64,000 nucleotides of DNA from Gemmata palustris (GTDB taxonomy: Bacteria > Planctomycetota > Planctomycetia > Gemmatales > Gemmataceae): NCBI RefSeq assembly GCF_017939745.1, contig NZ_JAGKQQ010000001.1, positions 6,089,299 through 6,153,298 of the forward strand, read 5' to 3'. Positions within the stretch are counted from its first letter, which is position 1. Each line of letters starts with the position of its first letter. Below, in pieces: positions 9,251-18,799 of the stretch. The translations under genes and the position numbers were made by a program. Below the pieces are notes generated by a model. It did no database searches and was not told where the DNA came from. It was given only the letters and a program-made list of their open reading frames with translations.

Positions 9251-12200
9251 TTACTTGGTACTACCGCCGACGAAGATCCCGGGCGAGGGGGGCATGTTCA
9301 CCGGCACGGCCAGGAAGCTGTCCAGGAGGTCCAGCGTCTGGCCGTCGAAGACCTTGACGTGCGGGGCGCTGCCGCCCGCGCCCGTGAGGATGTCCGCGAG
9401 CCCGTCGCCGTCGCGATCGATCGCCCCGACGCGGACCCCGAACGTTGCACCCGGGTACGCGATGAAGCTCTGCAGCTCCGCACCCGTCAGCGCGTCGAGG
9501 GCCTTCACGTGCGGTGCGTTCGTCGCCCCGGTGATGATCTCGGCGCGCCCGTCGCCGTTCAGGTCCCCGGCCGCGACGTAGATGCCCCCGAGGTACCCGG
9601 CCCCGTATGCGAAGTAGCTCCCGAGGAGTTGCCCGTTGTTCTGCCCCGAGAACGCCTTGACGTGCCCGGCGAACGTGGCCGACCCGGTAATCACGTCGGC
9701 GAGGCCGTCGCCGTTTACGTCGCCCGCGCCCACCGTAACCCCGACCGGGTTCCCGCCGCTCGTCGAGTAGGCGAAGAAGCTCAGGAGCGTGTCCGCGGGG
9801 TTGCGCCCCGAGAACGCCTTGACGTGGTCGTTGGCGATGGCCGTGCCGACGACGATGTCCGCGAACCCGTCGCCGTTCACGTCCCCGGCCGCCACGTTCA
9901 CCCCGCCCGTGTACCCGATGAACGTGAAGAAGCTCGCGAGTTCCGAGTAATCGGACCCGCTGTACACCTTCACGTGCCCGCCGGGCGCCCCCGCCCCCGC
10001 GGACACGATGATATCGCTGATCCCGTCGTTGTTCACGTCCCCGGTCGCCACCTTCACCCCCAACGTGTAACCGTCGAAGGGCGTGAGCACCCGGAGCAGC
10101 GCGCCGGTCCGCGGGTCGAAGACCTGGACCGTGGCGACCGGACCCGCGTCCGTGCCGACCACCAGGCGCGCCTGCCGGTCAACGATCTGGGACGCGGTAC
10201 CGGACCCGGACCGGTAGAACGTGTCGCCCGAGTAGACGGCCGAGATGATGCTCGTGCCCGCACGGATCGTGCTGGTGCTGAGGCTCGCGGCGCCGGTCGC
10301 GTCGAGGGCCACAACTCCCAAGACCTCGCCGGTCGTGGAGTTGATGAAGGTAATCGTGCCGGTCGGGACCGCGAGCCCGGTCTGCCGCGCCACCCGCGCG
10401 ACGAAGCCGACCGTGTCCCCGAAAACGCTCGGCCCGTTCAGTGCCTGCAGGGTCGTCGTCGAGACGACGGTGACCGACTGTATCAAGCGCAGATCGGTCT
10501 GGGTGCGTGCTTCGTAGGTGGACGGGGTCGGCGTGAACGTCGCGGTAACGGTATACGAGCCGGCGTTCGCGAACGTCGTCAAGAACGAGGCCGCCGCCTG
10601 ATTGAGCGTGCCCGTTGCAGCGAGCGCTTGCGTCCCGATCGACACGCCGTTGACGAAGAACTCCACCGTGCCCGCCGGTACAGCGTCACCGGCCGCCGCG
10701 GGTGCGATAGTGACGGTGTATGTCACGGCTTGACCGGGGAGCGACGGGTTGGTATTCGACTGGATCGTCGCGGTCGAAGCGAGGGCGAGCACGCGGACGA
10801 GGACACTGTTCGCGGTGTAGTCGATCTGGTAGGTCCGGGTGCCGATGGTGAAGGTCGCCAGGTCCGCCAGCCCACTGAAAGTACCGGTAACGCCGCCCGT
10901 GGCCGTAAGGATCGTAAACGTGGCGCCCACGTTGGGACTGAAGGTCGGGCTGAACACCAGGGTCGCGCTGTTGTTGAGCGTCGCGATCCCGCTGACCGCG
11001 ACGCTGTCGTAGCCGGACCCGAGCGTCGTGCCGTTCGCCTCCACAACGAAGGTCGAGGAGTAAAAGGTCAGATCCCCGTTGATACTGAGGAGCGCGGGAC
11101 TGAGCCCCGGCGAGAGCGTACCGCCGGAGGTCACCGTGACGCTCCCAACGGTCCCGGTTCCACCGAGCGTGGCGCCGGGGCGCACCTCCACCGGCGCGTT
11201 CCTCAGGTCCGTGTTCACGAACACGGTCCCGCCGACGATGATCGTCGTGCCGGCGTAGCCGAGACTGGCGGGGCCGTCCAGCGTGAGCGTGCCGGTACCG
11301 ACCTTCCCCACCCCGCCGCCCGCGGTACCCGTGATGGTGCCCGAAAAAACCGACGAAGAGTTATCGCCGCCGATTATCAGCGCCCCGGCGCCGAGCACGA
11401 GTGTGCCCGAGCCCGATAGAGAGGCGACCGCGTCCGATTGACCGTTCAAGTCCAGCGTGGTCCCCGGCGCGAGCGCAACGACGGTGCCGTCGGGGAGCGT
11501 GTTGCTCCCGGTCAACTGCAGGGTTCCGCGGGCGACCGTGGTCGTACCACTGTACGTGTTCGCCCCGCTGAGGCGCAGTTCCCCGCCCCCGTCCTTGATG
11601 ATCCCGTCACCGGGGCTCCCGGAGATCACGCCGCTCACCTCGAGGAAACCGTCCTGCGCGGCCGTAACCGTCTTGTTGGGTGTCGGGAGCGTGGCCACCA
11701 CCATCTGGGTCGGAGCCACCGTCGCCGTCTGGCCCTCGTAGAACGTGTCCCCGGTGTACGCGGCGGTGATCGTGTGGGAGCCTTGAGTCAGAGCCGATGT
11801 TGTGAACGACGCCACGCCACCGGTAAGAGGTATTGCGATCGCGCCCGGCATAGCGACCCCGTTATCGAAGAACGTCACCGTCCCGGTCGGCGCGGGGTTA
11901 GCGGCGACCTGGCGCGTGGCGGTGAAGGTGAACGTCACGCTCTGGTTCACCAGGGACGTGTTGGCGCTCGAGCGGAGCTGCACAGTGAGGGGGTTGGTAA
12001 CCGCCTGCTGCGGCCGGAGCTGCACCGTCGTGTCCGCATAGGCAGATCCGGCGCCCGCGGCGTACCTGGCGGTGATGAAGTGCGTGCCGAACGTCAGGTT
12101 CGAGAGACTGAACGAGGCGAAACTGGTGAGCCCACCCGCGGGGGTGGTGAGATTCACCGCCGCGAGCTGCGTCGCCCCGTCGAAGAACGTCACCATCCCA

Positions 12201-15200
12201 CCGGGCACCGGATCACCGGCCTGACGGGTGGCAACGAAATCGAACGTTACAATTTGCCCCGTTGACGACGGGCTGGCGCTCGAGCTGAGCTGGATCTGGA
12301 GCGGGGTGGCCACCACCTGGACCGGCCCGAGGGTCGCGGTCCCGCCCGCGTTGCCCCCGTCCCCGGAGTACACGGCGGTGATGGCGCGTAATCCGGCAGG
12401 CAGCGCGTTAGTGGTAAACGTTGCCACCCCGTTGACCACGTTAACGGGGACGGTGTTGAGCGGGATGCCGGCATCGAAGAAATTCACCTGCCCGGTCGCG
12501 GTCGCGGAGTTGACCTGGAAAGTGAAGGTGATGGCCTGCCCGACCGGGGTCGGGTTGGCGTTGGAACTGAGGAGCAGCACGGGGGCGTTGACCACGATCT
12601 GCCCGCCCAAGAGGACCACCGTTTGGGCCTCGTAGAACGGATCCCCGGAGTACACGGCAGTGATCACGCGGGTGCCCGCGGCCAGGGTCGAGATCAGGTC
12701 CGAGGTCGCCTGGCCGTTCACGAGTGTCTTCGCCACACCGATGATGGTGGCACCATCGAAGAACGTTACTGTCCCGGTCGGCACGGGGCTGCCGAACTGG
12801 TTCGTGGCGGTGAAGTTGAACGTCACACCCTGACCCACGGCGGACGAGTTGGCACTGGACGTGAGCAGAAGTGACGGGGCGTCGACGACGATCTGGCCCC
12901 CAAGGAGGGTGACGCTCGAGGGGGCGTAGTACGCATCACCGGAGTACTGGGCAGTGATGACGTACACCCCGGCACCCAGCCCGGAGTTCAGCGTCGCGAC
13001 CCCGTTGGCGTTCAGGAAAGCGCCACCGATCGGAGTCGTAACCCCGTTTGCCGTGGCAAAGAATGTGACACTCCCGGTTGGGAGCGGGTTGCTCGCCTGC
13101 GACCGGGTGATCGTGAACGTGAACGCCGCGTTCCCGGGGCTGGTCTGGTTCGCGTTCGAGGTGAGGAGTTGCCGCGAGGGGGCCCCGACCACCTCCTGGG
13201 TCGACGGCAGCGCCACGGTCGTGCCCGCGTAGACCGCGTCCCCGGAGTACTCGGCGGTGATCGTGTGGCTCCCGGCCGACAGGTTGCTCGTGGTGAGCGT
13301 GAACGTCGTGACCCCGACGTTGAAAGAGGGAGTGCCGAACCCGAGGGAGGTCGCGCCGTCGAAGAACTCCACCGACCCGCCCGCGGCTGGCCCGCTCCCG
13401 GTGATGATGTTCACGGTGAACGTGACTGCGCTACCGAATTGAGACACGGCCGAACTCGAGAAGAACTCGGTCGCCGCCAGCGACTTCACGCTGAAGGTGC
13501 GCGTGACCCCGCCGAGGGACACGTTACCGGTGATCTTCGCGGTGTCGCCCGCACCAGCAACGAGCACGTCGCTGGCGAGGGTCAGCAACCCGGCCCCAGT
13601 CGTCAACTCGCCGCCGGCGAGGGTCACCGCGCCGAGCGTCTCATTGAACCCGTTCAGGTTGAGTAGCCCGTCCTGCTGGACGCGCACGCGAATCGTGGTC
13701 GCGCTGACCGATTCGGGGATCTGGTTGGACGCTTCCAGGCGCAGCTCGGCCGAGTTATTGGCACCGGTGCCGTCGCCGACGAACACTTGACCGTTCAGCG
13801 CGTTCAGGCCGGGCGTTTTCGCGAGCGTGAGGCGCCCGTCGTCGACGAACGTGGGCTTGACGAACGTGTTATTCGCGGTCCCGCTGAGGCGCAACTCACC
13901 GGCGCCGATCTTGTGGAAATCGGCGTCACCACTCACAACGCCCGAAAACGTGAGCGAGCCGCCGGCGGCCACGTTAATATCGGCCCGGGTCGCGTCAACG
14001 CCGAGGAGAGTGATGAGGCCGGTGATTTGACTGTTGCCCGGGCCGACCACGAGAGCGCCGGTACCGGACACCCCGGTCCCCGAAAGTGTCAAGGCTTCGG
14101 TCATGGTGATCGCATTGGCCACTTGCAGCGTGGCCCCCGCGAACACCCGAGTACCGGCCCCGTTGGTCCCGCCCAGAGACTGGTTGGATTGGATAATGGT
14201 CAGCCCCTGACGCAGGGACGTGGACCCGAGGTACGTGTTGTTCCCAGAGAGGGTCAGGGTTCCGGTCCCGGTCTTTTCCAAGCTCGGAATGGTGCCCCCG
14301 GGGGGCGTCGCGACGTCGCGGATGCTGCCCGAGACAGTCAGCGAACTCCCACCGTCGACGTTGAGAGAGGCCGCAGATCCGAGCGTGGCGGCGCCACTGA
14401 ATGTAATCGCCGACCCGCCGATGATGTGAACCGCGCCACTGGTCTCGAACCCGACACCGTTCAGGACCAGCGGCCGTGCTAATGTGTAATTCCCCTCGAT
14501 TTGAAGGGTACCAACCGCCCCGTCCGTACCCGAAGTCGAGTTAACCGTAACGGTACCACTGGACCCAAGGGCCAGAGCGTTAGCGATCTCCAAGGTGCCG
14601 TTATTGACGTTCGTGTTACCGGTGAAGGGCGTGAAGCCGGTGGGCACCCCGGTCGCACTGTTGTTGCGAGCGATGCGAACATTCCCCTGGTCGGTCTTCG
14701 ACATATCGGCCGCACCACCGAGCGCCCCAGAAAGCAGCAACTCGCTGCCCTGAGTCGCCCCGATGTTTGAAGCGCTCTGCAGGGTAATGGTGCCGAGCCA
14801 CGTGGACGCGCCCACGAAGTCCAAAAGCAGAGCGCCGAGGCGCCGCTGGGCAAGGTCCACGAATATGCCGGGGCCGTTCAGGAAAAGTGTTTCGTTAACG
14901 GCGAGCCCACTGTCGAGCCTCAGAGTTGTGCCGTTGAACACCGTGGTCGAGAAACCGGGCGAGAGCGCATTGTTATCGTAGATCGTGACGCTCCCCCCCC
15001 GAATCAGAGTATTGCCCCCGTAAGTGTTCCCGACCTCCAACTCCAAATCACCGGCGCCCACCTTCGTCAGATTGCCGCTCCCACTGATCCCGGTGGTATC
15101 GACAATGAGCCCCGTCCCAGGGGTTCCCAGCGTAAAGACGTCGACGCCGATGCTCACGTTGCCAATGAGCGCGATCCCCCCGGACCAGGTACCGTGCGGC

Positions 15201-16234
15201 AGTTGCGTGGTCGTAGAACCGCGGAACGTGCGGTACGGGTCATTCATACCGCGGAGGGCCCCCAACCCGCCCACCCCGTCCCCGACGAGGTCGAGCGAGT
15301 CGGAGACGGTGGCCCCGTTCGCAATGCCCATCGTCGCACCGAAGTCCACGACGGTTCCGCGGACCGTGTCGCCGAGTGCGTTGTCGCTCGAGGCGATAAG
15401 GATGCCCTCAGCGACACGCACCCCACCGGTGAACGTGTTGTTCCCGGCCAGCGCGATCGTGCCGGTCCCCCGCTTCAGCAACCCGCCCATCCCCCCGGCC
15501 GGGTCGATGATGTTCGCGTTGATGTACAACACACCGACGCCATCGCTCCGGAACTCCTGGTTGAGGCCGTTCAACTGGACGGTCAGGTTCGAAACGCCGT
15601 TCCCCGGCGTGAACGTCGGCCCGAGCAGCGAGAGCCCGGCGAGCGAACCTACGGTCTGCGGGATGTTGGCAGTCACGCGCCCCAGGATCGTCAGCGTCGT
15701 GCCCGCGGTGAGTGCGTCGATGTGATAATTGTCGTCGTTGATCTGCAGATTGCCGATGATCCAGTTCTTGCGGGTCGCAAAGCTGTGAAACGGGTTATCA
15801 TCGATGATGGAGTTCGCGAGCTTCCCGCCGTCGATCCCTACGGCCGGAGGAGTGGGGGGCGGGTTGTGAGCCCCGTTCGGGAAGATGAACGCGCCGTTGA
15901 CGATCGCCGCAGGGGGCTTGTTGGCGGCCGCGAGCCCGGCCGGGAAGATGACATCGTCCCCGTCCTGGGGAATATTACCGAGCTGCCAGTTGAGGGAATT
16001 GCTCCACAAGGCGGATAAATTCCCACCCGTCGGGGCAGGGATCCCACCACCGGTCCACACCGCGACGGCCATCAGGGCGCGGTCCTCCAGCGCCTCGACC
16101 GTGAGCGCCGGCTGAATCGGGGCGCACGCACCCTGACCGACAAACCGCTTCTTGAGCAATTGGCGAAGCCACGATCGCGACATAGCTGTACCCGCGTGGT
16201 GTTTATGGACTGTATGTTCCGTGTCAAAAACCAA
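9251..16234 (-). CDS. giant (~2,300 aa) secreted cell-surface protein: N-terminal PATR (autotransporter-associated beta-strand) repeats, Ig-like array, C-terminal FG-GAP/VCBS repeats
   Basis: N-terminus …LTVEALEDRALMAV… export motif. Repeated GTGTLTLSGNNTY / LRLSGANTYSGTTTV units (PATR). Many ~100-aa VTFxV…TAxYSGD Ig-like repeats. C-terminal DVNGDGxADIxxG FG-GAP repeats. True start may be the Met at 16183. Confidence 0.8.
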   Translation of the reverse strand: MVFDTEHTVHKHHAGTAMSRSWLRQLLKKRFVGQGACAPIQPALTVEALEDRALMAVAVWTGGGIPAPTGGNLSALWSNSLNWQLGNIPQDGDDVIFPAGLAAANKPPAAIVNGAFIFPNGAHNPPPTPPAVGIDGGKLANSIIDDNPFHSFATRKNWIIGNLQINDDNYHIDALTAGTTLTILGRVTANIPQTVGSLAGLSLLGPTFTPGNGVSNLTVQLNGLNQEFRSDGVGVLYINANIIDPAGGMGGLLKRGTGTIALAGNNTFTGGVRVAEGILIASSDNALGDTVRGTVVDFGATMGIANGATVSDSLDLVGDGVGGLGALRGMNDPYRTFRGSTTTQLPHGTWSGGIALIGNVSIGVDVFTLGTPGTGLIVDTTGISGSGNLTKVGAGDLELEVGNTYGGNTLIRGGSVTIYDNNALSPGFSTTVFNGTTLRLDSGLAVNETLFLNGPGIFVDLAQRRLGALLLDFVGASTWLGTITLQSASNIGATQGSELLLSGALGGAADMSKTDQGNVRIARNNSATGVPTGFTPFTGNTNVNNGTLEIANALALGSSGTVTVNSTSGTDGAVGTLQIEGNYTLARPLVLNGVGFETSGAVHIIGGSAITFSGAATLGSAASLNVDGGSSLTVSGSIRDVATPPGGTIPSLEKTGTGTLTLSGNNTYLGSTSLRQGLTIIQSNQSLGGTNGAGTRVFAGATLQVANAITMTEALTLSGTGVSGTGALVVGPGNSQITGLITLLGVDATRADINVAAGGSLTFSGVVSGDADFHKIGAGELRLSGTANNTFVKPTFVDDGRLTLAKTPGLNALNGQVFVGDGTGANNSAELRLEASNQIPESVSATTIRVRVQQDGLLNLNGFNETLGAVTLAGGELTTGAGLLTLASDVLVAGAGDTAKITGNVSLGGVTRTFSVKSLAATEFFSSSAVSQFGSAVTFTVNIITGSGPAAGGSVEFFDGATSLGFGTPSFNVGVTTFTLTTSNLSAGSHTITAEYSGDAVYAGTTVALPSTQEVVGAPSRQLLTSNANQTSPGNAAFTFTITRSQASNPLPTGSVTFFATANGVTTPIGGAFLNANGVATLNSGLGAGVYVITAQYSGDAYYAPSSVTLLGGQIVVDAPSLLLTSSANSSAVGQGVTFNFTATNQFGSPVPTGTVTFFDGATIIGVAKTLVNGQATSDLISTLAAGTRVITAVYSGDPFYEAQTVVLLGGQIVVNAPVLLLSSNANPTPVGQAITFTFQVNSATATGQVNFFDAGIPLNTVPVNVVNGVATFTTNALPAGLRAITAVYSGDGGNAGGTATLGPVQVVATPLQIQLSSSASPSSTGQIVTFDFVATRQAGDPVPGGMVTFFDGATQLAAVNLTTPAGGLTSFASFSLSNLTFGTHFITARYAAGAGSAYADTTVQLRPQQAVTNPLTVQLRSSANTSLVNQSVTFTFTATRQVAANPAPTGTVTFFDNGVAMPGAIAIPLTGGVASFTTSALTQGSHTITAAYTGDTFYEGQTATVAPTQMVVATLPTPNKTVTAAQDGFLEVSGVISGSPGDGIIKDGGGELRLSGANTYSGTTTVARGTLQLTGSNTLPDGTVVALAPGTTLDLNGQSDAVASLSGSGTLVLGAGALIIGGDNSSSVFSGTITGTAGGGVGKVGTGTLTLDGPASLGYAGTTIIVGGTVFVNTDLRNAPVEVRPGATLGGTGTVGSVTVTSGGTLSPGLSPALLSINGDLTFYSSTFVVEANGTTLGSGYDSVAVSGIATLNNSATLVFSPTFSPNVGATFTILTATGGVTGTFSGLADLATFTIGTRTYQIDYTANSVLVRVLALASTATIQSNTNPSLPGQAVTYTVTIAPAAAGDAVPAGTVEFFVNGVSIGTQALAATGTLNQAAASFLTTFANAGSYTVTATFTPTPSTYEARTQTDLRLIQSVTVVSTTTLQALNGPSVFGDTVGFVARVARQTGLAVPTGTITFINSTTGEVLGVVALDATGAASLSTSTIRAGTSIISAVYSGDTFYRSGSGTASQIVDRQARLVVGTDAGPVATVQVFDPRTGALLRVLTPFDGYTLGVKVATGDVNNDGISDIIVSAGAGAPGGHVKVYSGSDYSELASFFTFIGYTGGVNVAAGDVNGDGFADIVVGTAIANDHVKAFSGRNPADTLLSFFAYSTSGGNPVGVTVGAGDVNGDGLADVITGSATFAGHVKAFSGQNNGQLLGSYFAYGAGYLGGIYVAAGDLNGDGRAEIITGATNAPHVKALDALTGAELQSFIAYPGATFGVRVGAIDRDGDGLADILTGAGGSAPHVKVFDGQTLDLLDSFLAVPVNMPPSPGIFVGGSTK

Positions 16235-16764
16235 TTAGAAAAGAACACAAGAGAACAACACTTAGCGCCCCGCTAAGTTTCGCTTGACGTTACATGCCCT
16301 TGTGTTTGTGCTTGAGCTTGAGGACGGTTCGGTGCAGATTCACTTCCAGTATGCCCGCAGTTTATGAGAAGGCTATGAGCCGGGAGTCTCTTCGCACGAG
16401 AATGCACGGCCGATTCGTTTGTGGAACGCAAATCTCGGAATTGTGCTGTCGAGGCGCGAAACCTTGAATTTCATGGATACAGCGGCGATCTCGGGCGTGT
16501 GTCGCATGAAAATGTGATTATTACTAAACATCGACCAAAGAACGGGTTCCCGAGTCTGTCAACGACGGTACTTGCCTATGATCTGAAGCTAATTCGTCAT
16601 CAATTGCTCTGTCGCCACGCGCACGGCGCCCGATAACCGGACACTTCGTCACGACGATTGTAACAACCCAATTAATACCCCCGTGGGCCGCGGGTCAGGC
16701 GCCCAACGACTATGCCCTACCAGTACAACGATTGTAACAGCCCTCCGCGCCGATCCCGCGCCGC

Positions 16765-16794
16765 TTGACACGACTCGGCCCCCACTCCTATAAA
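16765..16794 (+). promoter_or_regulatory. sigma70-like promoter for rimO (TTGACA-18-TATAAA)
   Basis: TTGACA at 16765-16770, an 18-nt spacer, then TATAAA at 16789-16794, about 25 nt upstream of the rimO ATG. Confidence 0.45.
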
Positions 16795-16819
16795 GACTGT
16801 TCGATCTTTGCCGAACACC

Positions 16820-18247
16820 ATGCCGGGCCGCAACCGAATGTCCGTTAAGAGCCTGCCGCTAACCTCAACGCCCGGTGCCGGCACGTCCCGCGCGCCCGAG
16901 TCCAAGGGGAATTACGCCTTCATTAGCTTGGGCTGCCCGAAGAACACCGTGGACAGCGAGCGGATGCTCGGCAAGCTCGCCCAGGACGGCTACGCTCTCC
17001 AGCCCGGGGCCGACGGCGCGGACGTGGTGATTGTGAACACGTGCGGGTTCATTGAACCGGCCCGGCAGGAATCGCTCGCGGTCATCCGCGAAATGCTCCA
17101 ACTCAAAAAGGCCGGCAAGGTCGGCGCGGTGGTCGTGGCCGGGTGCATGGCCGAGCGCCAGCGCGAGGTGCTCCTCGAACAGGTGCCCGAGGTCGATCAG
17201 ATCGTCGGGGTGTTCGGGCGCGAGGAAATCGCCGACGTCGTGGACCGGGCCGTGTCCCAGCGCGACGAGCAGAAGTCACTGTTCCGCCCGGCCCCGGTTC
17301 GCGCGCTCGAAGACACCGCCCGTCTGCGCATCACCCCGCGCCACTTCGCGTACCTCAAGATCAGCGAGGGGTGCGACCGGGTCTGTACCTACTGCGCGAT
17401 CCCGAAGATGCGCGGGAAGCACGTTACGAAGCCGATCGAAGAGATCGTCCGCGAGGCGCACGAACTCGTGGCCGACGGCGTGCGCGAACTCATCATCGTC
17501 GCACAAGATACTACCTACTACGGAATGGACCTATACGGGCGCACGCGGCTCGCCGAGTTGCTGCGCGAACTCGACAAGGTCGACGGCATCGAGTGGATTC
17601 GCACGCTCTACGCCTACCCCGAGCACATTTCGGACGAACTGATCGAGACGTTCGCCGGCGCGACCAAGATCATTCCGTACCTGGACATGCCGCTCCAGCA
17701 CATTAGCGACCGCGTCCTGAAGCGGATGATCCGCCGCGTGGACCGCGCCGCGACCGAGAACTTGCTCCTGCGCCTGCGCGAGAAATGGCCGGACCTCGCG
17801 ATCCGCACCACGTTCATTACGGGTTTCCCCGGCGAAACGCAGTCGGAGTTCGAGGAACTCAAGCAGTTCGTTGCGGACTTCAAGTTCGAGCGCGCCGGCG
17901 TGTTCCCCTACTCGCTCGAACCCGGCACGCCGGCGGAGAAGCTCGACGGGCACATGCCCGAAGACGTGAAACAGGCGCGCGTGGCCGCGATCATGGAAGT
18001 GCAGCAGCGGGTCGCGTTCGGGTGGGCCGAAGCACAGGTCGGCAAAGAGCACCCCGTCATTATTGACGGCCCGGACCCGGAGTTCGCGAGCCACTTCCGC
18101 GGGCGGACCTTCGCGGACGCGCCGGAGATCGATTGCGAGGTCCGCGTGAAGGGCAAAAACCTGCGCTCCGGCGATTTCGTGCGGGCGAAGATCACCGCCG
18201 CCGACGGCTACGATCTCACCGCGAAGGCACTGGGCAAGTCGTGGTGA
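16820..18247 (+). CDS. rimO: ribosomal protein S12 methylthiotransferase RimO (radical SAM MTTase + TRAM)
   Basis: FISLGCPKNTVDSE N-terminal MTTase motif. Radical-SAM CDRVCTYCAIP motif. C-terminal TRAM-like region. ATG at 16820 preferred over the TTG at 16808. Confidence 0.85.
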   Translation: MPGRNRMSVKSLPLTSTPGAGTSRAPESKGNYAFISLGCPKNTVDSERMLGKLAQDGYALQPGADGADVVIVNTCGFIEPARQESLAVIREMLQLKKAGKVGAVVVAGCMAERQREVLLEQVPEVDQIVGVFGREEIADVVDRAVSQRDEQKSLFRPAPVRALEDTARLRITPRHFAYLKISEGCDRVCTYCAIPKMRGKHVTKPIEEIVREAHELVADGVRELIIVAQDTTYYGMDLYGRTRLAELLRELDKVDGIEWIRTLYAYPEHISDELIETFAGATKIIPYLDMPLQHISDRVLKRMIRRVDRAATENLLLRLREKWPDLAIRTTFITGFPGETQSEFEELKQFVADFKFERAGVFPYSLEPGTPAEKLDGHMPEDVKQARVAAIMEVQQRVAFGWAEAQVGKEHPVIIDGPDPEFASHFRGRTFADAPEIDCEVRVKGKNLRSGDFVRAKITAADGYDLTAKALGKSW

Positions 18248-18322
18248 GGTGAGTGGCGTGGGCAAAGGGCGCCGGTACCGCTAGAATGCCGGTCTTCGCA
18301 TACACATACCGGAGAACCGACA

Positions 18323-18433
18323 ATGGGCATTCAACACGCACCGAAGAGCCAGCGGAACGCTTCCAAGAAGCGCCGCAAGGCCCGCAAGCACAAGCTCCGC
18401 AGCACGAAGAAGTACAAGGGCGGGGTGCGCTAA
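18323..18433 (+). CDS. 36-aa highly basic small protein (bS22-like?), not in the ORF track
   Basis: ATG at 18323 preceded by GGAG 8 nt upstream. Translation MGIQHAPKSQRNASKKRRKARKHKLRSTKKYKGGVR, stop TAA 18431-18433. The Lys/Arg pattern resembles small ribosomal proteins such as bS22. Confidence 0.5.
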   Translation: MGIQHAPKSQRNASKKRRKARKHKLRSTKKYKGGVR

Positions 18434-18545
18434 AGCACCGCAACAGCATTGCAACGCGCGGCCGGGAGGTTCCCGGCCGTTGCTCATTTCACAGCCCGGC
18501 ACAAGGCACTTTGGTTCGCTCCACGATTGGGACGAGAAAAGCCGC

Positions 18546-18776
18546 GGATCAACGCAGATAACGCAGATAACGCAGATCAGACAAAGCAAAAGCAAAAACA
18601 GATTGGCCACAAAAAAGCAGAGGTCAGAAGGCAGAGAGCAGAGGACGAAAAGCAAGGTACCAGATCGGATGCGTATGGTTTCTCTAGCCCCATTCGAGGC
18701 AACAATACCTCTGCCCTCTGCCCCCTGCCCTCTTTTTTGTGGCTATTCCGTCTTCTGTCTTGATCTGCGTTGATCC
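18546..18776. repeat. long imperfect palindrome with purine-rich left arm, pyrimidine-rich right arm, and a 3x CGCAGATAA tandem repeat
   Basis: ggatcaacgcagat (18546-59) pairs with atctgcgttgatcc (18763-76). gccacaaaaaag (18606-17) pairs with cttttttgtggc (18732-43). AG-rich versus CT-rich arms. Local GC is well below the genome average. Confidence 0.6.
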
Positions 18777-18799
18777 GTGGCTCTTCATTCATCCTTGTT

